Shown here: positions 26,950 through 40,269 of the stretch, piece after piece
Numbering within the stretch: the stretch's first letter is position 1
How the letters are laid out: every line of letters begins with the position of its first letter
Assembly: GCA_964016885.1 (NCBI GenBank)
Contig: OZ024742.1
Location: 214,582,001-214,646,000 of the forward strand
Reading direction: 5' to 3'
Length of the DNA: 64,000 nucleotides
From: Eledone cirrhosa
Taxonomy: Eukaryota
Made by a program: the position numbers and the translations under genes
The notes under the pieces: generated by a model
What the model was told of the DNA's origin: nothing
What the model saw: the letters and a program-made list of their open reading frames with translations, nothing else
The model's database searches: none

Positions 26950-28100
26950 ATGACCATAAAGTATAAAGTATTATTACAGAAGATTTGAACTTTTTCAGCG
27001 GGATTTCCTTTATTACTAACTGGGTTTTCCTGGCACTGCAACTCATCACGGCATAGCTCCAAAATCAGCCGTCACATGAGTGCCCTTAACTGGGGTAACG
27101 CGATGACTGCATCTCGAGCGAGTGAATATAGCTTCATATGAATGGCTGCAAAGGTCATTATACCATCATAGAATACATTAAATAGTTTTACACAGAACCA
27201 TGCATCATGTGTACACGAAGAGATATTGCTTTCTTTTTAGATAGCTTCTCAGCCGCTTTGTTAAATGTCAAATCATATACAATGTGCTCTTCTTCCTTAC
27301 AAAATCGAATGAAATTCTCCCAATCCATATCATATATAATGTAGTAGCCCGTGTAATTTGAAATTTTTCAGAATATTTCTAGCTACCATCGGAGAACTCG
27401 ATGTTGTCTCGGGCAAAGTATCAATGGTTTGAATTATAAATATCAAGTGTCCATCGTCTCTCAATTATTTGGGATAGTTTTCAGTTTCAGATCCCGTTAT
27501 TGTTCTTAGGGAGAGTACTTAATGTAGTGTCAATGTTATTCTTTAAACTTGGTCCCCAGAATAAGATGAGCTTGCAACGAATGTTAGCTGTATCAGGTTT
27601 GAAAAAGATAGAACACCCCGAAAGAATAACACAATTTACCTATTATATTGTTACATAATGACTTGGGTCAGCGAATGTCATGAGAGATTGTTACATATGT
27701 AAACGTCACGTTTGTTACTATACATTTGAGTTGGTTTGTGATATATATTAGGCATTTGTTAACATTTGTTAGCAAAAGCAAAGTTTCACTGTGTTGACAA
27801 AGTCAGAATTTGTCTATGATGTTACTGTCTTTCGCAACTAAAACGTGGTGGAATATACATTATGCAGCACCTATTCGTAAGATCTAGGATGAAAATCGGA
27901 GAGTTGCAAATTACATATTTAAAATAGTAATATCTGGAAGCCAAGAAAAATGCTAGTGGCCTGCGTCGTCATATGAGGATTCGTATAAGTCTTCGGTGAA
28001 ATGATTGGCCTTGAAGCTAATATAATTTCCTTCTTCACCGTAATTCAAATCTCTGAAGTCTTCTATGAACTCTCCGATACATGTTAAAAGGTAAATCAGA
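26950..28100 (-). pseudogene. Possible Sola-like transposase relic
   Basis: A frameshifted PVKGH.CD.DFG-like motif near 27055-27095 is the only support. Confidence 0.2.
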
Positions 28101-28331
28101 ATCAATTTTACGTTATAGTAGCAATTATATAGAGTGCGAGGTAGAAATATTAAGGTCTACAAAGCTCCGAAAGTTTCATGATTGCGATAGATTAATATAA
28201 ATATCTTATGAAGCATATTTATATATATCTACATTGCATAGCCATAAAAATAGACACAGTCTCTAACACTCATACACATACTCACACATACGTGTTTGCA
28301 TGTATATATATATAGATAGATATATATAGAG

Positions 28332-28420
<89 letters not shown>

Positions 28421-28874
28421 TGCGTGTGTATGTCTGAGTGTGTGTGTGTGCAGCAAAACTTTCTTGTTCAATATTAATTTTACAAAAAGCGCATATTGAT
28501 TGTAGTTTTTATTTTCATATACAACTTTGACAACTCAGGCCCAGATTATAATTCAAATTGTGCTTTCATCCACTTCATTATTTCACTGTGAATTTTCTTT
28601 TTTCATGTGTAGGATTTAAATCCTGTACGGTCTATAATTATCTCGGTAGCCATCTTCAAGAAATAAAGATTAATGCTGCTTAATCTTACATATTGCTTCA
28701 AGAAATTTGTCATGGAAACGCAAAGCAGGATTAGAAGATACTCAAATTGCTATTCACACCCCATACAATCTACCTCTTGGAGAATTTATGTTTTATAATT
28801 TACTAGGATGATAGAAGGATTGTAATAAAACATTGGTCAATGGAAATTGTTAACATTATGAATATCGGAAAAAG

Positions 28875-29017
28875 GGCGGTGGATTGGCAGTATCGGTAGA
28901 GGGTCGGACGCCATGCTTTGACGCATAGAGTTACGGTCCTTTCCATTCTAATTTGAAATCCCGCCGAGGTTAACTATGCCTTTCATCCTTATGGGGTCGA
29001 TAAAATAAAGTACCAGT
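28875..29017 (+). mobile_element. tRNA-derived SINE of the abundant octopus type, diverged
   Basis: A-box-like TGGCAGTATCGG, B-box relic TTTGAAATCCC and conserved core GCCTTTCATCCTTATGGGGTCGATAAAATAAAGTACCAGT. Confidence 0.75.
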
Positions 29018-29290
29018 AAAGCCAAGGGTAATTGTTGTACTTTTGCCAAAAGTAGAAACAATTATCAATGTCGGAAACGGTTGCCAGAGCCACCAATATT
29101 TGCATATTGTTTCAATTCAAAGTAGAGTCTAAAAAAATAAATAAACACTCTTCACAAATCCAACTAAAATAAATTCATCAGTTTCAACAGGACTGTGTAA
29201 GGTGATCTTTTATTCAGGAAATCTGGATTTTGAATACATCTTAAAGGATTTTTCACTTGAGGATTCCTCTCTGAAATGTATGTTATGTAC

Positions 29291-29366
<76 letters not shown>
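29291..29366. repeat. (ATCT)n microsatellite
   Basis: Read directly from the sequence. Confidence 0.95.
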
Positions 29367-29367
<1 letters not shown>

Positions 29368-29945
29368 CCTGTGGGGCTATGTAGAACGACTATTGTCGCG
29401 GGTGGGACCAATCCGGTTGACCACCGAGTCCATTGTCATGATCAAACCGCCACCCTCTTTCAAAAACGAAGGAGAGCCGGTTTTCCTTTGTGTGATAGCT
29501 ATGGCGAAAGAGGTTGTATGGTGGACGAGGTTAAAAGGGCTGAGGTCACACCTTTCTCTCCGACCAACAACTGATTCATTTTTTCAAATACCACTTTGGA
29601 AGAAGAATCAGGATGGAGAGAGAGGTGCTGTACCTCAGCAAGTTTTATGAAAGGTGGGTGAAAGTGGCGAAAATGGCCCGAATGGGCCTTCTCTCTATAT
29701 CAGTCTGTAGGTTGAGTAAAAAGAGGAAGAGAGGAAAGGGGTATAAACTCTTCGTACTCCTGGAGATGAGGGTTGCACATTTTTTCGGGGGTATGTGGTA
29801 CCTATATGAAATGTCTCCTCCTATTGGGGAAAATAGATTAATTTTTAAATTACATTTGTGATAGTATTTTACACGTTTTTATTGTATGTAAACTTCCACC
29901 TTTCTATTTGACCTTTATTTGTGCCCCTGTGGCTAATATACAAAC
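29367..29945 (+). mobile_element. Tx1-like LINE 3' end (short copy)
   Basis: Direct paralogue of 30797-31340. Confidence 0.8.
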
Positions 29946-29970
29946 ATATCTATCTATCTGACTATCTATA

Positions 29971-31342
29971 GGTCTGGTTTGGTGCGGACCTCCATGTGGA
30001 GAAGAACTGGAACGAGGTGACGGCCAAGGTGTTTGCGCTCACCCAGAAGTGGGCCGAGTGCAAACTATTCTTGAAAGGTCGAGCGGAGGTGGCGAAAACT
30101 TTTATAGCGTCCATCATCTACTACCGTTTGACCTTCGTGCCCTGTCCAGCAAAAACGCCCACCAAAATGGAGCGCGCTCTCTTCCAATTCCTTTGGAAGA
30201 AACGGGCTCCTTTGGTTAGAAGATCCATCTGCTGCCAACACCCTTCAAACGGAGGGCTGGGGCTGCCGTGGCTGACGATGCGCAAACACGCGCTCAGGCT
30301 GCGGCACCTCCATGTATTCCTCACTGGACAACCGATGTGTGCTCGTTCCTCAGGTGAGCCTTCACACGACTCGTCCCGCTGACCGAGCTGCAGTCTTGGG
30401 TCAAGCAAGCAGCGAGGAAAATGGACGACTGGATCATAGAATGTGCTCAGGGGCTCACAGTCCTCTGACAAACGGAGCCGGCGATCAGTGGAGACTCCAC
30501 TTCATCATTCTATAGAGGGTTGGTCCGCAGCAAGTGCGACGACGCGCTTGGAGAAACTCTGGGCGTAGAGGAGGACGAACTGGCCAGTCTGTACGGTAGG
30601 ACCTTCCGCCCGGTTCCGATAGACAACTTCCAAAAGTCCCTGGCCTGGCAGTGCTACCGAGGAGCTCTACCAGTTCGAGAAAAGCTCTACAGACACGGGC
30701 GCCCGGGCAGGGACCCTTCGAAAAAGATCTGTCCGAGATGCGTGCGTGACGAGAAAACCGTCGCGCACGCATTTGTACACTGCCCGGGCGTTACCGACCT
30801 GTAGGGCTATGTAGAACGACTATTGTCGCGGGTGGGACCAATCCGGTTGACCACCGAGTCCAATGTCTTAATCAAACCGCTACCCTCCTTCAAAAACGAA
30901 GGAGAGGCGGTTTTCCTATGTGTTATGGCTATGGTGAAAGAGGTTATATGGTGGACGAGGTTAAAAGGGCTGAGGTCAGACACCTTTCTCCCCGGCGAAC
31001 AACTGATTCGTTTTTTCAAATATCATTTTGGAAGAAGAATTAGGATGAAGAGAGAGGTGCTGTACCCCAGCAAATTGTATGAAAGGTGGTTGAATGTGGC
31101 AAAGATGGTTGAGGAAAAAGAGGAAGAGTGGAATGGAGTACTCAGTCTTGGTGCTCCTGGAAAGGAGGGTACTACGTTAATCGGGGTGTGTACAACCCCT
31201 GTGTAACGCCCCCCCCCCATTGGGGATTTCAATTGTTATTTGTTATTTTATTAATGGTTTTATTTTCGTATACCTGTTTGTAAACTCCCCATTTGTATTT
31301 GTCCCCTTCTTTTGTGCCCTTGTGGCTAATAAAGAAATTTCT
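29971..31342 (+). mobile_element. 5'-truncated Tx1-like LINE
   Basis: LFLKGRAEVAK, FLWKK..GGLGLP and the zinc knuckle CPRC..EKTVAHAFVHC. AATAAA then a (TC)n tail. Confidence 0.85.
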
Positions 31343-31373
31343 CTTTCTCTCTCTCTCTATCTCTCTCTCTCTC

Positions 31374-31438
<65 letters not shown>

Positions 31439-31732
31439 TTTGTGGAATGGGTGGTGGTTGAAATTCAGTTGTGCACGGTTAAATGGTAGTAGACGTGGTC
31501 GGACGGACATGTAAATTCACACACCTATGTAAAAAGTGCCAAAGAAGCAAATAGATGAGGTTTCAAATCTCTAACTTGAAAAATCTGGTCCCTTGGGCCC
31601 CAAAACGGTCTATTTACTATCGGGTTCGGTGAGTTATTTCCCCTGTTCTAATACTTTTGTCTTATTTACAATTTCATACAAATAAAGCAGTAAATAAAGG
31701 ATTATGAGGTGATGCAATTGACTTATGTTACG

Positions 31733-31775
<43 letters not shown>

Positions 31776-32197
31776 AAAACGCTTTAATAAAAAAAATATC
31801 AACTGTAATGTATGTATGCATGTATTTATGTGTTTATATGAGCGGGGATATGCAAGTAAATGTTACTTTGTGGACGGCTGCCCCTTAGCATAATATTCAT
31901 GCTAGAACAGCATATATTTGAAAGTTTTCAGGGAGTTGAATTACTGATTTTGGATCGGCAGCTTTAGCTTTGAAAAATGAAATGTGCAGTGTAAACATTT
32001 TTTATTATTCCTCCGGGGATGAATCTTCTCTGCCTTTTTCCATCTCTTTCTTTCTCTCTGGAAGAAATCAGCCGTAGTAAGACCTAAAAAGATGGTTAGA
32101 TACACCATGACGCACCGTGCATCATGGTGGAGTTGAAAAACAGACTCAGAACATGGCGTTGTGTGGGGTGGCTCGTAGCCCAATGTTCCAGGGGGAG

Positions 32198-32293
32198 CAG
32201 AAGAAGAAGAAGAAGAAGAAGAAGAAGAAGAAGAAGAAGAAGAAGAAGAAGAAGAAGAAGAAGAAGAAGAAGAAGAAGAAGAAGAAGAAGAAG
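32198..32293. repeat. (GAA)n microsatellite
   Basis: Read directly from the sequence. Confidence 0.97.
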
Positions 32294-32396
32294 GTTTGAG
32301 CTGGAGTCCTATCAAATATGTAGGTTGTGTCTTAAATTGAAGGTTTAGTAGAAACAGTTCATGTACTTTTCTTTTTGTCATTCATATATAAACACA

Positions 32397-33453
32397 TCTA
32401 CTATATAAATTAGAGGTGGTCGGACGTTGTATATGTAGGTGTAGTCAGATAAATGTCGAAAATGCTTGGTGGAATGCAGCGAAAATTTACACAGTTGTGC
32501 AGAATGAACCGAGGAGGCGTTGGGTCGACTTTAAAGCTACAAGCTACCATGGTTAAGGAGAAAATCGATGAAACAGGAATTTCCCATTCAAATTGAACTG
32601 AGAGTAATCTGTGAACGCAGAAGTAAATATTTCGAGAAACGTTGCAACCGAACGTAAACAGGAAGACGATATTTTGGTTCGTGAAGACGGGAAAACAGGC
32701 GAGGATAAGACGTCGTTATGTTGTGCGTGAAGAACAATTTAATGCAAAGACAAGTCCAAGTTTATGGTATAAATGGAGTCGTTAGACTAATATTCTATTT
32801 AACATAACAGAATTATTTCCAGCCCCGGAGTTTAAGAATGATGTAAATAAAATTGAAAACGAAAATGACAGGGGTTATTCAAATAGTAAATGTAAATAGT
32901 GAAGATTTAGGCCAGTACATACGTATGCCCCGACGGACATACACATACATACGCACACACAAATATATACCCCCCCCCCCCACACACGAACGAACGCGCG
33001 TATGTATAAACCATATGCATTTCTACAGTATTTTCACCAAACTTAAGACATAGGTTACTTATGTACTCCCGATGGTCATGGGCACTTTCATGTTTCCAGA
33101 TATTGATTATATCCCCCCCCCCATCCCGACAGATAACCCCTTTAACCACTTTAACAACTGCCTTGGAGTTGACTGAAGCACTGCAGTGCAATGCAACAAA
33201 ACGTCATAACTTCTGGAGTTCTCAACCGATTTTCACAAAATTTGACACATGGGCTACGTTTGTCCTACAGATGAATGGGAACTCTCAGAATTGGCACATA
33301 TTGGATAGGGGACCCCTGGGGGCAGGAACCCCCTTTTGAAAAAAGCCGATGATTTTGTAAAAGTATAGTTTTCGAAGCAGCACTGAAGTATTGACATAAA
33401 TGGTATACACAACTGCTATTTAATATCCGAGCACCGCCGCTGTACCTCTGCTA

Positions 33454-33454
<1 letters not shown>
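32397..33454 (+). mobile_element. Non-autonomous Helitron
   Basis: A|TCTACTATATAA start, a decayed 3' hairpin and a CTAG|T end. The 3' end resembles 16774-16802. Confidence 0.65.
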
Positions 33455-33516
<62 letters not shown>

Positions 33517-33518
<2 letters not shown>

Positions 33519-34930
33519 AAAAGAGTCAGGATATCGACGGCTGATCTCCGGCCGTTCCGAACTAAACCAGTAGTATTAGGACGGCAGTGACCTAGCTGAA
33601 CTTATCAATGGGTACAGTCCATATATGGGCATGCAATCAAAACAGAGTAGACGTATCATATCAAACAATCCTAAAAATTGTTGTTTTTCTTTTCTGTCAC
33701 AGGGAGTGGTCAATGATTTTGGTATGTCATGTACATGTTTAAATTCCTTCATAGCGGTGGGGTAGCCTGGGAGGCTGAACTAGCCTGTAGAACAAAGGGT
33801 TGGGAGTAAGATGACATTCTGACTTGTGGATGCCAGGCCGGTCATGCGTTAAGAGAGAACTCTTTACAACTGTCTTTAATGTGGGTAAAATCAGCATATG
33901 AGAATCAAGGAATGTTGTAGAGTGAAAGTTAGTATGCCAAGTATAACAGTTGGCTAAAGAGCAAAGCATATAGAAGTTAACACTGATTAAAATAATTTAA
34001 TGTTATCAGTAATTCTAATGCACTGGAACGGGACCTCAATGCAGTAATTTACCAGTATTATCTTCCATAATGATACAGCCCCCAAAAAACATGGCTATGT
34101 GTTTGACCGGTACTATATGTATTTAACAAGAGAGAAAATATTCGGGTTAGCCTAAGGAATAATGGAAACTGAATATAATAGTTTAGATATGCAAAGATCC
34201 GCCTAAGTGTAAATAGAGTAACTAATGAGGAAAAAGAAAAGAAAAAAAGTAAGCAGTGTTTACGTCTATCTAAGTATGCTTAGTTTGTAAATAGGAAAGA
34301 GATACACCCGTGTCGTGAGGAGGTTTGAAGGAAAGATATGTCCTATGTATTCTGTGTGTACATGAGGTAACAAGTTCATCTTCTTTGTTTAAGAGTTTGT
34401 CCTTTGCAACATAATCTGGATCGTTTCCGCCGAGCATAAATTGCACGGACGGCGTCCTCCGGAGTAAGATTTTGTCTTGGAAAGTATGTTCCAACTTAGA
34501 TGGTAGGTACTATTGATAAGTTCAGCTAGGTCCCTGCCGTCCTAATACTACTGGCTTAGTTAGAATCTAGCTATTGAAACGGCCGGAGCTCAGCCGTCGG
34601 GGTACTTATTCTTTTCCACTCTACTACATAAGTATCGAGTATTCTGGTGCGTTATGGCCCACCTGGTTCCTTACCAGACTTTGTCATATTTTCAGTTGGA
34701 AGAAATGCCTTGAAAACGATAAGCATATCTGAGGACCTTGCGAATGCAGAGTCAGGTTCGATCTATAATAGATCATGCCTTGAGCTGATCGTCGGAAAAA
34801 CATATGTAATATGTTAATAAATTGTGTTTTAATGCATCACTGATTCCTCGTTATCTATAATAATATACTCTGCTCCGAGTATAATATACTCAAATGGCAT
34901 ACCGCCTACGGGCGCATTTATTGAAACCTT

Positions 34931-34940
<10 letters not shown>
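33517..34940 (-). mobile_element. Strongly truncated Naiad-like PLE with an inverted pLTR (33517-33615 vs 34507-34617)
   Basis: EN C-terminus WNILSKTKSYSGGRRPCNLC..LLNKEDELVTSCTHR at 34350-34495 (-). HHR-like motif at 34723-34814 (+). (TA)n flanks. Confidence 0.8.
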
Positions 34941-34989
<49 letters not shown>

Positions 34990-37470
34990 TCGGTATAGAA
35001 GGATCCAATTCAATTTTAGCACTCAACGTCATATTGACAGCTACCTGTCAATTGTAGAGTCACTAACACTGTTAGAACTCCATGTAGAACGGAAGTAAAA
35101 ATTACAACGAGATCGATATTATGTCCCTTAACCTATTTAACTCTTCCAATTTATTTTTCAATATAATTGTACAATTCTAATGAAAGATTACGCTACTCAT
35201 TTCAATAATTGTCTTGTTTCCCATACAACAATGGAGCACATGTCCAACTCATTATTTCAAACATTACTACTCGTATATTCCTAGTCATAGTGAAAAAATG
35301 CTTTTGCAATTATTTCACAATTATCACCGAAATTACCACAAATTGGATACGAACTTCTATTAATGTTCTCTAAATCAGTAAACTACGAAGTGAAGTAAAG
35401 AATGCGGTTCAATCAACGTGATATTCTGTTAACTAGACTATACTGAAATGAAAACGAAAATAATACTGGTTGTTTGCATGTTCAGATGTGTCTATATAAG
35501 TGTGTGTGTATGTGTATGAATATCTAACTACAAGCATTAATATTTTATCTTTTTTACTCTTGCCATACTGAGTAGTGTGTTCGGCTCAAGATCTCAGAAG
35601 AAGACAATTTCTATAAAATAAATCTTGTCCACGCAGTTGACAAAAATGAGTTCTACTTTAAATTCAAAGAGTCTTTGTCACATTATATTAGGCGGAATAT
35701 TCATGAGAATTGCAATAAGGCTACATGTGTCTGTAGGATATATAGTCAGAGGACGTTAATTTCATGAGCAAGCTGTTCTATTGTTCCAACAGCTGGAATA
35801 CTCATCGTCGGAAACAACAGAGGTCAAAATCGCACAGGCATATTCATGAACTTAAATATACACGCACACAGTTATAAATTTAGAGGCCAAAGTCAGTATC
35901 TGTGGATCAATAGTCTCGGCATGTCTAGTCCTCCGTGAACCAGCTGTTGATAGCAAATAGATTGGCCAAGCAGAAGGCGGCGTCCCTTTCATAAAAAAAC
36001 GAAAGAACATGCGCTCCAGTCCTGGTACGATTGTCAGGTGGTTATAGAGAATAGAGGATGAAAGTGATGCAGGTATTCACAACCCACTCCCGATCCTTTA
36101 AGGAAGGCTTCCTCTCATCCAAAGATTGGCCAACGTACTTATCATTCCATTCCAATTCTCTTCCAAGTAGTGATCTAGACCAAACCAAAATGGAGTGAAT
36201 GCATAAGTCCGATAGTTATGCATATAATCTAACCACAGAGCAGCTATCAGTGTACATGGCTCCCCTACATGAAGGCAGGACCGAAAATGTTCGTCCTGGC
36301 ATAGAGTTTATTATTTGTTCGGAATATATGTATGTTTTTCTTATAATCCTCACCTGCAAATATTTAGTACATACTTTTTTGCAATCGCATCATGCTGAAA
36401 GACAAAACATTTGATAATATCTAGAGTCGAGACATCACGCGTAATAGGACCCCATACTGCTGAGCTCCACTTCAAGACCGGAATGTCAGCATCCCGCCTC
36501 AGGAAGGATCCCATGAAGTTGGGGGCTATTGCAGTGGGTGTCATTGGCCATTATCTACGGGAATGCTTTTGTAGTATTGTCCGTCGGGTGTAACCTCATT
36601 AACGGCACACCCTAAGCCCAGAGCTCATCACACTCCCCCTCCTCATTCTGTGCGACACTAGAGCCCTTACCTTTCCCTTACCCTTCCCTTCCTTTTCCGT
36701 TTTATTAATGACAAAAGACACTAGAACATTCAACGTAACTCTACTTTTTGTAATGACTACTGACTTTGTTTTTTGCTTATATATTTTCAATATTGGAATA
36801 AACCTGTTTGTCAAATTATGCAGATCATTTTTTAATGTTGCTTTACTTACATTGCACTACTTATATAATTATAGCAGTGCTTTAATATTATGATATAAAA
36901 TATTAATTTCTATATCAGTGCTTACTTCATTTATAATTATATGTTACGTTTGAGAATTGTGTTCCGTTGATAATAAAATTATTACTATAATGCAAATTTC
37001 CCTCGTTGATTGTGATCAATTATTTTTCAAAAATTGATTTATTTTAATATAAAAAAATTGGAATATCAAAAAAAATATAATGGCATTACATATTACTTAA
37101 AATGACACACATATTAAGAGTACGTGTTATGTGCGTATGTGCATGAACGTGACAAGTATGAGTTAAATATTTACCTGTGATAGATATACACAAAGTATGA
37201 GAGATTGTATGCATACATAAAAATGTGCCTATAAGTTAGGAAAAGATGAACGAATAAAATAGTAATTGGCTGGCTATTTACATATAATGCTTATTCCGTC
37301 TCTGTATTTTAGCAAGATTGTAATGTTCTCTTCAGAATATTAGATGTGGTTTCCTATGATATTGGCAGTGTGCAAGCGCTCTGAGGTCTTGGATTTTTTG
37401 CTTCAATTCTGTCATTGAAAGATCAAAGAGCCTCATGAATGTTATATTGATCTCTTTTTGTTAAACACCC

Positions 37471-37541
<71 letters not shown>

Positions 37542-37545
<4 letters not shown>

Positions 37546-39683
37546 GAAACACACAGATACATGCGGACACACACATATATACATGAATGCATCCGCACCC
37601 AACCGTGAGTTAAGGGTGCTAACTTCACCGATGTTGCTCAATGAATGACTGGGACAGACCAATTCAGTTTGAACCAGACTGAACCAGTATCAGAGTTAAA
37701 AATACATTATGAAGAGAGAAGAAACATTTAGATATAATTAGTAATAAAATGTATCATACCTAAACTGCTCCTAAATTCCTCGACTACGTAGTTTCGTGGC
37801 ATAAACAAAAACAATATATCAAAGATATAGAGTCCTTGCGAGGTCTGCCAACTTATCAAGAGGATACCTCATTTTACTAGTCTCAAGAACGCGTCTACAC
37901 GACGTGAGAAAGAATCCCAAAAGGCGGAGGGGGAGATAGTCACGCGATATAACGGTCGAGAAACAGAGCTAAGCCTCTTATAACCACGAAGAAAATACCA
38001 CGGAGGCGGAGGGGGTATTCATATCGAGGCCGTAGAAGAGGTAGTGAAGAAGGCGAGAAGTATGAGTAATGGAAGCTTTCCAGTTGTCCCCACACTTCAA
38101 AGATTGCTCGACCAGAGGGAGTTATTAATATATTTAGAAACACACAGATACATGCGGACACACACATATATACATGAATGCATCCGCACCCAACCGTGAG
38201 TTAAGGGTGCCAACTTCACCGATGTTGCTCAATGAATGACTGGGACAGACCAATTCAGTTTGAACCAGACTGAACCAGTATCAGAGTTAAAAATACATTA
38301 TGAAGAGAGAAGAAACATTTAGATATAATTAGTAATAAAATGTATCATACCTAAACTGCTCCTAAATTCCTCGACTACGTAGTTTCGTGGCATAAACAAA
38401 AACAATATATCAAAGATATAGAGTCCTTGCGAGGTCTGCCAACTTATCAAGAGGATACCTCATTTTACTAGTCTCAAGAACGCGTCTACACGACGTGAGA
38501 AAGAATCCCAAAAGGCGGAGGGGGAGATAGTCACGCGATATAACGGTCGAGAAACAGAGCTAAGCCTCTTATAACCACGAAGAAAATAACACGGAGGCGG
38601 AGGGGGTATTCATATCGAGTCCGTAGAAGAGGTAGTGAAGAAGGCGAGAAGTATGAGTAATGGAAGCTTTCCAGTTGTCCTCACACTTCAAAGATTGCTC
38701 GACCAGAGGGAGTTATTAATATATTTAGAAACACACAGATACATGCGGACACACACATATATACATGAATGCATCCGCACCCAACCGTGAGTTAAGGGTG
38801 CCAACTTCACCGATGTTGCTCAATGAATGACTGGGACATACCAATTCAGTTTGAACCAGACTGAACCAGTATCAGAGTTAAAAATACATTATGAAGAGAG
38901 AAGAAACATTTAGATATAATTAGTAATAAAATGTATCATACCTAAACTGCTCCTAAATTCCTCGACTACGTAGTTTCGTGGCATAAACAAAAACAATATA
39001 TCAAAGATATAGAGTCCTTGCGAGGTCTGCCAACTTATCAAGAGGATACCTCATTTTACTAGTCTCAAGAACGCGTCTACACGACGTGAGAAAGAATCCC
39101 AAAAGGCGGAGGGGGAGATAGTCACGCGATATAACGGTCGAGAAACAGAGCTAAGCCTCTTATAACCACGAAGAAAATACCACGGAGGCGGAGGGGGTAT
39201 TCATATCGAGGCCGTAGAAGAGGTAGTGAAGAAGGCGAGAAGTATGAGTAATGGAAGCTTTCCAGTTGTCCCCACGCTTCAAAGATTGCTCGACCAGAGG
39301 GAGTTATTAATATATTTAGAAACACACAGATACATGCGGACACACACATATATACATGAATGCATCCGCACCCAACCGTGAGTTAAGGGTGCCAACTTCA
39401 CCGATGTTGCTCAATGAATGACTGGGACAGACCAATTCAGTTTGAACCAGACTGAACCAGTATCAGAGTTAAAAATACATTATGAAGAGAGAAGAAACAT
39501 TTAGATATAATTAGTAATAAAATGTATCATACCTAAACTGCTCCTAAATTCCTCGACTACGTAGTTTCGTGGCATAAACAAAAACAATATATCAAAGATA
39601 TAGAGTCCTTGCGAGGTCTGCCAACTTATCAAGAGGATACCTCATTTTACTAGTCTCAAGAACGCGTCTACACGACGTGAGAA

Positions 39684-39684
<1 letters not shown>
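37542..39684 (-). repeat. 591-bp x ~3.6 near-identical tandem array, retrozyme-like
   Basis: Units start at 37542, 38133, 38724 and 39315 and differ by only a few substitutions. Each unit has one HHR. (TA)n on both sides. Confidence 0.92.
37777..37864 (-). ncRNA. Type I hammerhead with U3:A8 core and branched domain II (copies at 38368-38455, 38959-39046, 39550-39637)
   Basis: UCCUC-UUGAUAA-G-U-UGGCA..UGCCA-C-GAAA-CUACGUAG-UC-GAGGA. Confidence 0.8.
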
Positions 39685-39774
<90 letters not shown>

Positions 39775-39778
<4 letters not shown>

Positions 39779-40265
39779 TAACAGATTAAAATTTAAGCAA
39801 ATAATCGCTGCTTTCACCCTTAACGGGATCCTCTGAAACTAAGAAAATCAACGTGCGAACGCAGAATTAAATATTGTGAAAAACGTTGCAACCGAAGGAA
39901 GACAGGAAGACGATACTTTGGTTCGTGGAGATATCCCTGGCAAAGAACGGAAAAAGATAATACGTCATTATTTGGAGCGGTGAAAACAATTACACGCAAA
40001 GAGAAAACCACGTTTATGGTATAAATTAAGTCGTGGACTAATATTCTATTAGGTGGTTCGTGGAGACGTTCCATGGCAATGAACGGAAAAAACGAAGATA
40101 ATACGTCATTGTGTGGTGCGTGGAGAACAATTACGCACAAAGACAAAACCACGTTTATAGTATAACTGAAGTCGTATACTAAAATTCTATTTAGGAAACC
40201 GAATGATTCTCGGCTTCAGAGTTAAGAATAATGTAAATAAATTACAGAGGTTATTGAAATCAACA
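39775..40265 (+). repeat. Dispersed repeat module, also found at 15590-15790 (-) and 32605-32910 (+)
   Basis: Shared AACGTTGCAACCGAA..CAGGAAGACGATA..TTGGTTCGTG. This copy has an internal ~124-bp duplication. Confidence 0.75.
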
Positions 40266-40269
40266 ATAA

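Noticed and set aside
37542-39684. CRISPR array or rDNA/snRNA tandem
   Set aside because: There are no unique spacers and no recognisable 5S, snRNA or tRNA sequence, and the context is eukaryotic.
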